DNA of 55,664 bases, the filler included, from Bipalium vagum (taxonomy: Eukaryota): NCBI GenBank assembly GCA_037834085.1. It is 3 parts of 3 records of this genome, joined end to end, with 100 filler letters (N's around TTAATTAATTAA, not from the genome) between each part and the next. Parts side by side here need not be neighbours in the genome. Positions count along the whole stretch, not along the records: positions 1 to 16,945 come from JBBMKC010079614.1; 2 more parts are not named here. One strand, given 5' to 3'. Numbering within the stretch: position 1 is the stretch's first letter; each line of letters starts with the position of its first letter. Made by a program: the position numbers and the translations under genes. Shown one piece after another: positions 1 through 13,599 of the stretch. The notes under the pieces were generated by a model. That model did no database searches, had not been told where the DNA came from, and saw only the letters and a list, made by a program, of their open reading frames with translations.

Positions 1-419
1 TCATAATAATATAATGCATTCTCTTTCGCTTTTATTTTTCTGCTATTATAACAAATACTCTTAAAAATATTCAATAATGCAATTTCCTCATGCTGATTAT
101 TTATAAGAAATATGATATTCTTTCATTGTTGGGATTCAGAATTTAGTTCAGCTCTGCTACGATAATTCTTGTGTCAGACTCAGTGGTTTGTGGGATACGC
201 GACATGTGAAATCAGATGTATTGTGAAAAAAGTGAGTTGCAACAGACTTGAAATTAAATGTAAATGACTTTTTAAATAGCACATGTCTGAGATCGGTGCA
301 TTAATTTTAGATCTTTTAAAGAACTTTTATTATTTATTTTAGGACAGATTAATATATATAATGGAATCAACCAAGATATTTTCCTTCTCAAGTATAAATT
401 CCGTAATGTAGTAGTAAGA

Positions 420-1010
420 TTATTTCTCTTTGGAACCAATCCACTGTGACACTAAAGTTTTAAAACCTTAGTATTTTTGAGAGAATGTTTTATTAGGCTC
501 AATAAATGAGAATCAACAGGGGGTATATTTAAAGAATACAATGAATGCGGAAATCTGGCATTTAAACATCAATTAAAGAAATATGGGATGCAAATTTTAT
601 TTAATTTTGGTGCTGATACTGCACAAGCTCTGTGACAACCACTATTTCTTGATTTTCAAGTTTGATTTGATTAAGAAACCATTTCTAGTGGCAGCGTGTT
701 GCTCAGTATCTGACAAGATTTACAACTGAAATTTTTAAACGACTTTCTTTGTGTTTTTTATTCAACTAATGTGACATACACGCTCAAGGTTTTGACTATA
801 TCAATTTGAATTTAGGTGGGGGAAGATTGTTTTTCGATTGTTGTTCAACCTTTAAGACATATTTCTGAATGTTTGACAGCCGTTCTCTTTCGCGAATTCA
901 ATCAATTGGTCATTATTGAAATAGGATAGCCGACAGATAATGTGTCGTTTCTTGAGGATTGAATGCGTTATTCTAGAATTTATCAGTAATATTAGTCCTG
1001 ACTCAAACAT
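420..1010 (-). pseudogene. Heavily decayed mariner (DD34D) transposase relic
   Basis: Minus-strand translation includes ARFPHSLYSLNIPPVDSHLLSLIKHSLKN, resembling mariner HPPYSPDLAPSDFHLFRSLQHSL. Many stops. Confidence 0.5.
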
Positions 1011-2394
1011 GTTTTATTTATATACTATCAATTTGAGATAAGGAATCACTTGGTATTTAAATATTGAAATACTACTCTATTGAAATAAATATTGTAAATT
1101 AATTTTGATAATGAAAAAAAAATGAAAAATTGGTGACTTGAATTTGGTTATCAATTTCTAAAGAGAAATAACAGAAATTCGTAACTCAAACAATGATTAA
1201 TTGAGAATGTAGAATAAGACAAATAAAATCAATTCATTATGAGAATTGAGTAGAAGGGTAAACTAAGTTGTTAGGTCGAGCTGCAAGGATCTTGGTAATG
1301 AGAGAAAGAGGTTATTAGAAATTCTAAAAGCTGAAATCATCTACAGAATTAATTTAAAAAGCAAGTTGACATTCTTTATTTTAAGGACAATCGTATTTCA
1401 TGAAGGGTTGGATAAAAGAGAGACTGAATTACGAATAAATTAAAATTTTCAACTATCAAAAATATGATAAAAACCGGAAGCTTTTAAATTTCCATAAAAA
1501 AGAAAATACGTTTTATGTCATAGTTTATCTAGAAATCAAACTAAAGTTCGCGAAGAAAATACATAAAATCTCATGAGCAATAGAAGAAATATTTATTTAT
1601 ACATTTTAAGGTGAATGAGCGTTTCAGAAAAATTGTTAATACATTTTAAAATTGGTCGAAGAAGACATGTTTTAGAGTTAATATGAAAATAAAATCATAA
1701 AAATAATGGTTATTCGGTGACTGAATTAAAATAATTCATTTAAAATATTATTTTAAAAATTAAAAATAATTTACGTTTTTACAAAAAAAAAATGAAAGAT
1801 TTGAAGAAAATAAATTTAATAATTATTTATTTATAAAAATATTGAGTTAACATTAAGATAAGATTTTTGTTTTATTATTCATTGGTTAATAAATAAAAAT
1901 TATTTTATTAAAAAAAATAATTCAACTAATATATTTATCATTTACAATTTACTGATTTTTAAATAAAAATAAAATTCAATTTTTATTATATATTATATAT
2001 ATTATTATGTAATATATAATAACATAATTTCATCCATTGATTTATTGAACATTTTTTCGATAATCATTTGGAAATCATTTTTTGAACCATTCCAACATGA
2101 GTCAGAAGAGATTAATAATTTTTATTAAATAAAATAATTTTTATAAATATTAGAAAAACTTTTAGCATAATTGAATGTAATATATATATGTACTTATTTT
2201 CAACAAAAATCACAATTTCTTATTTTAATAAATTGCAGGCATTGGAATTTTTGCATCTATTGTTTTATCAATATAATTTATTATAATAATAATAAATATC
2301 CACATTTTTGTATGGTAATCATTCAAATAGGTAAGTAAAAAATTCAGGAATTATAAGAAGTGTGCATTTATCTATATAACTGGAATAAGAAAAA

Positions 2395-2900
2395 ACAACA
2401 TTTCATCCAATCATCGAACTTTGAAAGAAGTCGAATTGTAAGACTTTATGAAGACGAAATGAATTTCAGAGAAATCACCAGACGTTAGGGAAGAAATCAA
2501 TTTAATATTTTAAGAGCATGGAATGCATTTAAAATAATGAGCAAGGCTCGCAACATCGTGGCAGTGGCAATGTATATCAAGCACCCGTGCACATGAAAGC
2601 ACCAACAAACGTGAAGATAAACACCTTCATCTTCTAGCTATTGAAGACAGATTTATATCTATCACCAAAATTGACATAAATTGGAAAATGTATCAAAGAA
2701 AAAATGGGGCCCTCAGCATTCTATATTGAAGATATCGTAGAAATGTTCTGGGCTCATACCGTCCAAAGCAATGTTTACGACTGACAATTCATCAAGAAGG
2801 ACAACATTAAAATGAAAAATGGAATAGCACCATCTTTAGTGATGAATCAAGATTTTATTTATGGAAAATGGATGCTTGATAGTGAGAAGTTGTGTTGACG
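2395..2900 (+). pseudogene. Tc1-family transposase relic (N-terminal HTH and first catalytic D)
   Basis: SNFERSRIVRLYEDEMNFREITRR*GRN (Tc1/Tc3 HTH), then TNKREDKHLHLLAIEDRF and KWNSTIFSDESRFYLW. Confidence 0.8.
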
Positions 2901-3976
2901 AATGACAAAATGTGTCTTAGCTTGATTTCCCCAAATCACAAGGGAGTTACACCTATAATTTTATTTGTTAAACAATACAGATCAGTCAAGTCTAACTTAA
3001 CATTAAATGCTGTGAAGTTTTTATTAAAATGTTGGTATGTGAGTTTGAATTAAAAGATTAATTAAAAGATTTAAAAGAAAATAAATAAAAGATGAATATT
3101 AAAATTTCTTGCTTACAAAATCAGAATCCGTTACGGTCTAGTTTACTTGAACTTAATTTTTAAAAGTAATTAGGAAGTTAATTATTCTTTTAATAATAGA
3201 TTACTTCTATATCCAATTGAGTACTTCGAAGTCTAATAATATTCATTATGTAACTATATACAATATAGATGTACCTTTGAAAATATAATTGCTTTGCCTT
3301 CGTCTCATTTTACTTTGGTTTCTGAGCCAAAATAAGTTTTTTGATAATTCTAAAATTTCTTTTATATTGTGTACAAAAGGATAATAAATATAATATATTA
3401 TAATTTGTTTCTTCAAGAATTACGATTATCATAGTGTGAGGTAGAGAGTAGAAAAAGTAAGAAACTTAGGAGACTTAAGGTTCCATTACTGTACATCTAC
3501 ATGGTGAGAGAACTTGTACTACTCAATAAAGATTTTGTTAATTAATTAAAAATCAAGTAATTTAAAATTAAAAACAATTTTACTAAAATTTTTTCAACAG
3601 AGTTAAATGTATTGAAAAAGTTATTTAAAGTTACATGTTACTTAAAATAGGCCTCCTATTGTTTAAATTCCAGTTCTTATATTTCAGGTTTTATTCCCAA
3701 ACAAAACTTATTTTTACAATATAAAAAATATTAATATTTAACCTTTATTATATAATTCTATTATATAAATATAATTTCTCTCGATGCACTGGATTTCCTA
3801 TATAAAAGATCTCAGCTGAATCAGTTTCATACTAGCTTATAGAAAATCGATTGCTCAAAGCGAAAGACAAAATAATATTTTAAAAAACTTTTTATCTTAA
3901 AATTTATTACATAAATATATCAATATTTTTTTACCATACCTATTCCAAATTGGTAATAAGGTTGAAATTTCATTAA

Positions 3977-6130
3977 TTAGAATTTATTCTTCGTTTGCCC
4001 ATTCAAATAATAATTCGTGGACCTACGAGATGATTTCATACATGTTATACAATTTCTCATAATGTTTATCATTACTACTATCAATCCCAGTATCATTATC
4101 AATATTACTTTTATTCTCATTTTAAGACATATCATGTTCATTATGATTGTACATTCTAGATGCTTCATAGTCACCATTAGTCCATTGCATAATTTCATCA
4201 TCTGTTAATGAACGGTTTTGTATAACATTTTTTATATAGTCTAATTAACGGTAAATCGTCTTCAATATAAAAATTATTTTTTGTTAAATTGTAAATAATA
4301 TTGTAAATTGCAATGATTTTTTCCAGTCATTTTGAATAGGTCCTGGGCACTACTTTCCATTTTCACTTATCATATATCTTTATCTTTCCTAATTTATTAG
4401 GTTGAGACATAATGTTTTGCCGAAAAAATGAAATAAGTTAAAATCGAAAATTTTATTTTTTAATAAAACATTCATCAGTTATTTAATCACCATTGTTCTC
4501 GACAATCATTTGTCATCTCTGAGGCAGTTTTCAGATAACCTTCTGGTAGAACTTTTGAGATTTTGATTCAAAGAACTGAGACACTGCAGTTTTGCAACCT
4601 TCAAAGGAATCAAACCGCTTCCCGTTAAGAGAGTTCTGCAGCGATCGAAACAGATAATAATCCGAAAGTCTGGAGAATATGAAAGGTGTATAAGAAGATC
4701 ACATCCAAAGTCATTCAGTTTTTGTAGAGTTCGAAAAGACTTGTGTGGTCTTGCATTGTCCTGTTCAAATATTACTTTATTTCTATTGACCCAAGCGGGA
4801 CGTTTTTCTTCAATAGCAGCTTTCAGATTGTCTAACTGTGCACAATACCGTTCGGAATTTATAGTTTCATTGCTTGGCAGACCAATCCCACCAAACACAT
4901 AACATTACTTTGCTTTTGTGTAATTCTGGTTTCGGAATTGATACCGGAATCCCAGATTGCATTCGTCAATGCCGTTTTCGCTTAACGTTATTGAAAAGGA
5001 TCCAATTTTCATCTCCTGTTACAATTTTTTTTAATTGAATCATTTTTGTTTCTGTTCAACAAAGAAATGCAAGCAGAAAATCAGTCATATTTGTTTTTTT
5101 CTGATAATGCATGTGGAATCCAAATATCACACCTGTTCACAAATCCAATAGACTTTAAATGTCTTCCAATAATCCAATTTCCATAAATCCAATTTCGCGT
5201 GTTGTTAGATGAGGATTATTTTCTACCAGTTCTTTGATTTTGTCATCATCAACTGTAGAAAAATTGTATCTTCAGTAACCATTTCTAAAATTAAAAAAAA
5301 TACAATTTAAAACAAAAGTCATATTTCATTATGATAATATCAATAAACGATTAATTATCTATTATCTTAAATATTTAAATAAATTTTGCATGACAAATTT
5401 CAAACAATATCATATCATTAAACATGATGACTAAAAATCTGCAAAACATTATGCCTCAACCTAATAGTTGCAATACCATCATAATTTGGTTCCACTAAGT
5501 AAAACAATAAATTCTTGTAGTTTCCAGTTTTCATACTTTGTAAAATTTGTTGGCCCAGTGGTTTCAAAATAGCAGTTGTATTTGGTGAAAATACATGACG
5601 CGAAAGTTTTTATCATCTGTTTTCATTAAAGTCGCATTTTTATGTCTTGAAGCATTGACCAATAGTAAAAGTGATATTTCATGCAATTCTTTTCTCGCAA
5701 GTGCTATTTAACATTTGATACAAATTTCTTAAGAAACCACTCTTTCATTAATGCAGTGGTTTCAGAATTTTGGATTATTTATAGTACAAAAAATGTCCTT
5801 AGTTTTTAAACACTCGAGAATGTGTAGATTTTCTATCAATAGCATCATATATGATCCAGTTGCATTACACAAGGTAAATTAAAAAGTTCAAAAACTGAAA
5901 GTTCCAGGTTTTTACTATAAGGCAAGAGTTAAATTTCATCAAGCATATTAAATTTATCATGTAGTGAGCTGGTGCATTGTAATAAAGCAGTGGCTTTTTA
6001 TTGCTTAAAATTAGATATTTTCTTTTCAAAATTTCAAAGTTCAGCATTCACAGGAAGACCATGTGTTAGAAACTAAAAATGAATTACATCTTCATAATTA
6101 TACCAAACAATCATAATTAATTTTTCCCCA
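3977..6130 (-). mobile_element. pogo/Tigger (CENP-B/jerky-like DDE_1) transposon relic, split by a mariner insertion
   Basis: TALMKEWFLKKFVSNVK*HLREK, LLLLVNASRH and (frameshifted) SPNTTAILKPLGQQILQSMK correspond to Tigger LLLLDNAPSH and PPNTTxxLQPxDQ. An acidic tail LTDDEIMQW lies at about 4200. The sequence continues across the mariner at 4397-5464. Confidence 0.75.
4397..5464 (-). mobile_element. Mariner (DD34D) element with both TIRs and TA target-site duplication; internally deleted, defective transposase
   Basis: TIRs TTAGGTTGAGACATAATGTTTTGCCG (4397-4422) and reverse complement TTAGGTTGAGGCATAATGTTTTGCAG (5439-5464), with TA on both sides. Motifs IVTGDENWIL, EQDNARPH and HLSYSPD. Confidence 0.93.
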
Positions 6131-6149
6131 AATCAATTTTTTGAGCACC

Positions 6150-6600
6150 TGTTGCAAGAGATTGGTCATGTAACATCGAAGATTTAATTTTTCTTGATTA
6201 ATAAAATATAATAGATCCAATTTTCTTCTATATTAACTAAAAGCGTTTATCTGTAAAATTTTTGCAAAAGATTTTTTACAGATTTTCAAGAGCCTTTGGA
6301 CCTGAAATTCCGATAACTCATGCGAATCTAATCTAGGTCACTTATTGTTGTATCCGGATTTTTTCATGTGTCGATTAATACTGTCTTTCGATGGTTCAAT
6401 CATTTTAGAGGCATTTGCGTGATCAATTAATGCTTTATATAGCACCACCTCATTTATCACAAAAGGTCTTTCTTGACTGGGAGTATCTTCGAGAATATCA
6501 TCTCCGTTGAAGCTTTTTGAACCAATCAGAGACTGTGATTTAAGCAAAAACACATTTTCCTTCAATATACCTTGTGTTGCCAGGAATAGCAAATCACCTT
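6150..6600 (-). pseudogene. Mariner transposase N-terminal relic
   Basis: FNGDDILEDTPSQERP, INRHMKKSGY, HELSEFQ and EENWIYY, all mariner HTH/linker-like. Confidence 0.6.
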
Positions 6601-6819
6601 TTCAAATAATGACAGATCAAACATCAAACTGCAATTTTTTTGCATTCATTCCACTATAATTATAAATTTCAATAAATGCATTAATATGTTGATTTAAACA
6701 AAACTTATAAAAATAATTTGATAGTAAAATATCAAATTTTAAAAAATTGTTATTAAAACAAATTAAATTGTCAAAATCACGGAAAATTTTGATACCTAAT
6801 ATATTAAGTTTCAACAATG

Positions 6820-8012
6820 AAAAGTGGTTGTTATAAAAGTAATATAAAAACTATAAGACAGAGTATTTTAATAAAATTATTTATTTTAAACAGATTCTAT
6901 TGATATTTAACAAAATAACTAACTCCGATAAAATTGTTTTTACTCCTCTCACCAACCTCTGTACAATCATTCTAGTTACCTTCATCATTGATTTTTACTT
7001 TCTCTTAAAATCTGGTTCATTCTTTTCATCGCCCTGGGTGTTATTTAAGTTCCGTTTTATAATTGCCCAATATTTTTATATTGTTAGTTCTGGACAGTTA
7101 GAAAAACTGATTTGTCGAGAAACAATTTTCAAAATATTTGTTTTGTACCATTCTAATATATCTTTAGCATAATGAGAACTTGGGAGATCGGATCAGTACA
7201 AAGTAAGACAACCATGTTTATTAATAAAAGGAAATTGATATTTTTAAAGGCACTCTTTGATGTAAATTTCTTGATTCATTGGTACATTTTTGATGAAACT
7301 TTTACTTTTTTCCACATGCCACACGAGGTATTTCTTTGGAAATTTGATAAATTTTTCATCCTAATCTTTCAGCAACTACGTCTTTAGCATCTGCAACATA
7401 ATATTTCTGACCTGGCATTTGTTTAAAGTTTCCTTTAATATAAGTCTTATCATCAATAATAGCTCAATCAACTTTGGTAAGGAAATTTTCAAAAAGGTTT
7501 CTCGAACTTGTTTTAGCAATTTTATTCTTTTGTTCATCATGATCAAGATCAACAATGACTTTATGGACTTGAATCCTCTATTAACCTTCACTTTATGGAT
7601 GTATGATTTAGATTTTTTACATTTTTCAATAACATTACATACTGAAAGCAACATATTTTTCTTAAACGCACTGATGACCTTGTTTGCTAAGTTGGTAATG
7701 TACATGGTTTCTTAGCTGAGCCTTCCATTCAATAGTAAGTCTTCTTGTAATTTGACATAAGTTTTAGAATGGTTGATTTTGCAACTCCAATATTTTTAGC
7801 GATCGTAGAATATGAAGCAGCTGTATTTTGATTGTATTGAGACAATTTTTTCCTTTTTTTAATTTTATCACCCATTTTTGTTTCTAATATTTATTGATCT
7901 GCAAAATCAATAAATTATTTAGATAATATGACACAAAGAATTTAATTTATAAAAATAATGGTTTTAGAGAAATCTATTCAAAAGTTATCACAGTTTGTAA
8001 TCGACCACTTTA
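6820..8012 (-). mobile_element. ITm DD37E-type transposon relic
   Basis: IIDDKTYIKGNFKQMPGQKYY, KFPKKYLVW, MNQEIYIKECL, SDLPSSHYAK and NCPELTI*KYWAIIKRNL are collinear with known DD37E motifs (DDETYVKADFKQLPGQ, WPDLASCHY, PELRPIEKYWAIVKR). Degenerate TIRs (AAAGTGGT... / ...ACCACTTT). Confidence 0.88.
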
Positions 8013-8345
8013 TACATATATGTGTATTTATAATATAAATTTTTATATTAATGCGAACAAATTTCTCGAAATAATAACACTTTTTCTTCCCCCAAATTGT
8101 TAAAAAATAAATTTACAAGTTAAATAATTCTATTCAAGAAAAAATGACTAATGTCAAGATGTTCTAATTAAAAATTGTAACAGACGAAAAAACTTTAACA
8201 AAATAATAGAATAAGTTAATTTTTTGAAATAATGTTTTCATGTTTTTGTGTATATATTTTTAAAATTTTTTTGAAGAAAAATTAAATTTTTATTTCTAAT
8301 CTTATATTTATATTACTTAAATATTTTAAAACTATAATGAAAATA

Positions 8346-8883
8346 TTAGTGGCGCAGAGAAATAACGAGAAAATCTTATATCAAAATAAAAAAAATATTT
8401 TATTTATTAACAAAAAAATTAATCATTTAAATAATTGTTATCATTTTCAATAACTCTGCCATCTTTTCACCAACGAATAAATCTATTCTGAATAAAATTT
8501 GATTTCTTTTTCAACAAGAAACCCAGTGAAGTGGACGTTAAGTGCTAATCCATTTGTCTATATACAGTGGAGTGAATTCATGCTGAAATTCTTTATTGAA
8601 TATATTTGAATTAAACAACTCTTGTTGATCCCAAATTTGATATAGGTGAAGATTTTCCTTGTAACTGTTATAATAAAAATATAATTTCATTGTTATTTGG
8701 GTTCATTCATTACACAAACTTTAAATGAGAAGTAGATCTGAATTTGTAAACAGGTGTTAAATCGTAATTCAAGTTTTTAACAGAACATCAAAAAGTTTTC
8801 ATGACATTTGTAACAATTTTTAATTCTTCGAAAATAATAACAAAATAAATAATTTTTTTCTCATAATTTTTCTGCATTCCTAA
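8346..8883 (-). mobile_element. Short non-autonomous mariner deletion derivative
   Basis: Imperfect TIRs TTAGTGGCGCAGAGAAATAACGAGAAAA and reverse complement TTAGGAATGCAGAAAAATTATGAGAAAA, flanked by TA. Internal IYSLVKRWQ/VIENDNNY matches the mariner C-terminus. Confidence 0.7.
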
Positions 8884-9744
8884 TATTTATATTTTAAATT
8901 ATAATTTAATATTCTAAAAATCTTTGAACTATAAAAATAAAAAAATTAAAATAAATTTCCTAATAAACAAATACCTTTTTAAAATAATATTTTAATATTT
9001 AATTCATCTCAAATATTAATTAATTTAATGAAAATTTTAATAATCTAAATAATGATACATGTTGTCTCATATTCGAAATTTAATTAAAGCTCTAAAATTC
9101 CTAGTGAGAATATTAAAATCTCTCAAAAGTGAATAGGCTATGATAAAGAGAAATACCTTAAAATATATGCAAAAAGGGAAAATCAATAAATTAATTTTAT
9201 TTCAAATTTATTAATCCGTAAATTAGTTTCATTTGATTTTTCTTTTCATGACAGATTTTGGAAATTTTTACTAACGAAAACGATAAAAGACTAAATTAAA
9301 ATGTAACATTTTATAATTTAAGCAATTTTAATTAATTTTTAAATCCTTTAATCAAATTAATTAGTAAATAAATTGAGAATATAAATGAAAAGAATAAAGG
9401 AGTTTGATATATTTTACTTTAGATTATTGTCTTTAAAGAAATCAAAAATATGTAATAAATTCTGATTTATTAATAATACATTATTAAATATTATTATATT
9501 TTTTACATTTTATTGGATTTATATAGTTCAGAAAGAGTATTTTTATTTAATGTATTAACAGAAAATATATAATAATTAAAATGTATTAAATCTATCGAAA
9601 TTAAATTTTTTATATATTAGACAAAAAACATAAATACAAAAAAGATTGGTGTATAATAAATAAAAATTTTAATAAAATAACAAACTTTTAAAAAAGGAGC
9701 CAAAGTGTAAAAAGGGACCAAAATAATATTAATATATAAATGTA

Positions 9745-11570
9745 CACTACCATCGGTAAGTATTTGTACACCCTTCTTAAAATGCAAAAAGATCAATTTT
9801 TCTAACTTACTTTAATGATTTCTTTAAAAACCATTTGCAATTGTAAATATATTAGGACCCTTCCATATAGATAACGATAGAACACAAAGATAATAAATTT
9901 TACAATATCAATTTCTACATTTTAATTCTTATAAAATTTAGCTAAACAATATTTCTAAAAACTTAATCATTTTATTCGGATATAATTAAAGCAAGTAAAG
10001 TTAAATTAATATTTTAAAATTACTGTTAATATACCTTAGTTAAAAAGCCAATTTTTTAATTAGTTCATTTTTGTTTTTTGTCTAACATGGAATTTTAAAA
10101 TAAATAAGATTTTTTTTTATTAATTTGAATATTGTTTAATAATTTTAATATATAAAAAAATTAAGGTATGGTTAAAACTAATGAGATTTCGCTGGAGAAA
10201 AGGTGTATGATTATTTCCCAACATAAAATGAATATCAGTGCTCGTCAAATTGGCAGAAATTTAAAATTATGGCATACAACAGTCAGTGCTATAATAAAGA
10301 AATACAACGATACCGGCATTATTAAGAACGATGAAAGAGCTGGGCGACGAAGAAAAACTACTGATACAGAAGACTGTAGATTTATAATCACGAGCAAGCG
10401 TAATAGACGTCTAACGGCAACAGAAATAAACATAAATGAACCATATACATAAACCATCCCCAAGAAAGAGGTATTAGCGTAACAACGGTAAAAGACTGGC
10501 TTCATAAGGCCGATGTATTTGGAATAATTGCCGCTAGGAAACCATTATTTCGGCCTAAAAAAAAAGAAGATCAGATTAGAATGGGCCAGGGAACACAAAA
10601 ACTGGTCATCCGAAGACTGGTGTCAGGTACTTTGGTCGGATGAATCTAAGTTTGAAGTTTTTGGATCAAGAAGGCGTGTAGTTGTTCGTAGGCCTACTGC
10701 TGAGAGGTTCTCAGATCAATGCATAATCCCAAATATGAAACACGGAGGAGGATCTGTTACGATTTGGAGTTGTTTTGGTGGTTCATCATTAGGAAATCTA
10801 ATCGAAATTGATGGGAAACTAATCAAAGAAGGCTATAAAATATACTACGAATTAACGCCATTCCTTCTGGACTAAGAATTATCGGCAATAATTTTACTTT
10901 TGAACAGGACAATGATCTCAAACATAAAGCCAAACTATGTCAGGATTATTTGAAAAAGATGGAAAAGAAAAATATCATAAAATAATGATCTGGCCCCCTC
11001 AATCATCTGACCTTAACCCTATAGAGTTACTATGGGATGAATTGGACAGAAGTGTTAGAAAAACCTGCCCAAATACACAGAAGGATCTGTGGCAGAAACT
11101 CCAGAAGGAATGGGTAAAATCTAAACCAGATACCTTAAGAAATTTATTAAAAAGGATGCCAAGGCTATCCCAGATGATCATTGAAAAATAAGGAGGTTAC
11201 ATAGGTGAAGTTTCGGTTTAATGCTTAATTAGTTATTTAAAATTTTTCTTATGTTATTATTATCTTGTCATTGAAAAATAGCTATGAAATAATGATTTAA
11301 ATATTATTGATATATTTTTAAATTAATTTACCTTATAAGTAAATGGATTTGAAAAATTTAAACAAAAAAAATAGTTTAGAAATTTTTAAATTAATTAACA
11401 ATTATTTAGATTTTTAGGGTGCTTTTTACTTTTCTCCATGAGTATATGTTTGGTAATAAATATCAATAAATATGTGTTGAAAAAATCTTAATTTTTATTG
11501 CTTTATTGTAAGAGTTGTTAGAGTTCAAAGTTATACTTAAAGGGTGTACAAACATTTTTCGACGGTAGTA
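9745..11570 (+). mobile_element. Near full-length Tc1-like (DD34E) transposon with frameshifted transposase (about 10168-11220)
   Basis: TIRs CACTACCATCGGTAAGTATTTGTACACCCTT and reverse complement TACTACCGTCGAAAAATGTTTGTACACCCTT. Paired-like HTH and GRRRKTT, then WSDESKF, FEQDNDLKH and WPPQSSDLNPIELLW across three ORF fragments. Confidence 0.95.
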
Positions 11571-11609
11571 CGTATATATACTTTCTATATTTAAGAAGTA
11601 TATTTTCCA

Positions 11610-12237
11610 CAAGAAAGAAAATGGATTCATCATGAATTATCGGAGAACAAAATGATTAGCCGATTCACAATTTGTCTTTCGCTTTTCTGTAGACACGAAC
11701 AAAAGTCTCCTGGTGGGAAATGCAGGGCTTTATTATGGACTAGTAAAATTATCTAAAACGATTAATGCGAAATTTTACGCTATCCAATTGAGATAGTAGA
11801 ACGAGCAACGAATTTTCAAACGGATATATTTTTCAACCTAACAAAAAAATTTCTTCTTCGCAAGACAATGTCAAACCAAATATTGCATTAAGATCGAAGG
11901 AAACTTTGATGGACTTAAAATGGGAAATTCCACCACATTCGATATATTCCCCGGATATTGCCCCAACAGATTTCACCTATTCCGTTCCATGCAACATAGT
12001 CTTTCCAATGTGCACTTAAGCAATGATAAAGAAGTGCAAAATTTCATTGACAATTTTATTCAGTCCCAGCTCAAAGAATTTATTTATCAGGGAATTTATC
12101 TTTTGCTGAAAAATAGAAAAAAGTAGTTAATAATGATGGAAAATAATTTGATTAAATGTACCATGTTATTACAAATTAGCTATATATTATTAAAAACTTA
12201 GTCTTAAAACGATGGAAACTTATACATACTCCTAATA
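11610..12237 (+). mobile_element. 5'-truncated mariner relic with 3' TIR
   Basis: KWIHHELS, QDNVKP and PHSIYSPDIAPTDFHLFRSMQHSL. Ends ...AACTTATACATACTCCTAA-TA. Confidence 0.85.
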
Positions 12238-13139
12238 TTTTAAATGGGAAATACATATAAATTATCAAATAGCCAAAAAATTATAATACGATGGGTCAAT
12301 TTCAGGAAAATAAAATACTTCTTATTTTCAATATATATAAAAAATTAAATTACTAAAATATAATAAAAAAAATTAAATTTTATTAAAAAAAATTAATTTA
12401 ATTAATAATATAAATAATGCAAATAAAAAAAATTCTAAAAATTAAAACAAATCTTTTTTAAAATCTTTTTTTTAAATTTACAACTGAGTTGTTAAAGATT
12501 AATAAATCGAAAAAACCTTCCAAAAACATTTCATTACACCAAAATAAGGTAAGCATAAAATTCTTTTTCAGTGATTTTAGAAATCTGACTTTTTTTATTT
12601 ATAATAATTATAATGGGGGAAATTTGAGAATTAATTAATTCAAATGCAAAAAACAATTTAAAAAATCATAAGAGAAGTGACATTTTTGTTTTACTGTAAC
12701 AATTAGGCTTATACAAATTCCAAAATATTCTTGTTAAATATATAATTATCTTTAGAAGAGTAACAACAAAAATTAAATTCAATATATTTTATATATTATT
12801 CCTAAGAAAATATCAAATATATATCTCAAATTGCCAAAGTTTGGGCTCACTAATTGTAACTGCTTAAATAATAAAATAGGAACTCATTAGTAAAATAATA
12901 TCTTTTTGAAGAGATAATTTCATGAAAATTAAAAATTATTTTATAAAAATATTTTGAATTTTTATTCATAAGGCGAAACAAAAAGAACAGTAACATAAAT
13001 GAAATAGTAAAATAATGTATTTTTTATAATATTAATAAACTTTTGGTTTTGACCTTGAAAAAGGAAACAGTCAGGTTGTCAAATTTGTAAAATGAAATAC
13101 TTAACTGATTGATAAAGTACAATTAAAAGAAATTATATT

Positions 13140-13580
13140 TTTTAATCAAAAAATGCACTCCCTATTCTCTATATACTTTTGTCCTTTTAGCAATAGTTTG
13201 TTCAGATCGGTCATGTAAAACTGACAGACGAGAGTAAATGAATTCTTGGACATATCATTATCGATCTTGGATTGTTTTCTTAATAAAACATTATCCAAAT
13301 TGCGGAAGAAATGGTAGACAGTGGAGACTTTGTCTGATGAGTATGGAGGGTGATTAAGAAATTCCGATTCCAATTTCTTTAGGCTTGCCACAGTCATTGT
13401 GCAGTGTGCTGTCAAGTGTTATCATACAATAAGATAGAATGTTATCTATTGACTAATCTGGACTGTTTTACTCTAATTTTTTGCATTAATTTGTTCAGTT
13501 AACTACAGTTTATTTCTGGTATGATCAAGAAAACAAAATGAATCAAACCTCCACTAGATCACCAAGCACTTACAAAACAC
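13140..13580 (-). pseudogene. Mariner transposase relic
   Basis: FVSAW*SSGGLIHF, LLYDNT and LNHPPYSSDKVSTVYHFFRNLDNVL. Confidence 0.8.
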
Positions 13581-13599
13581 TAAATTACCTGTAGTGCCA

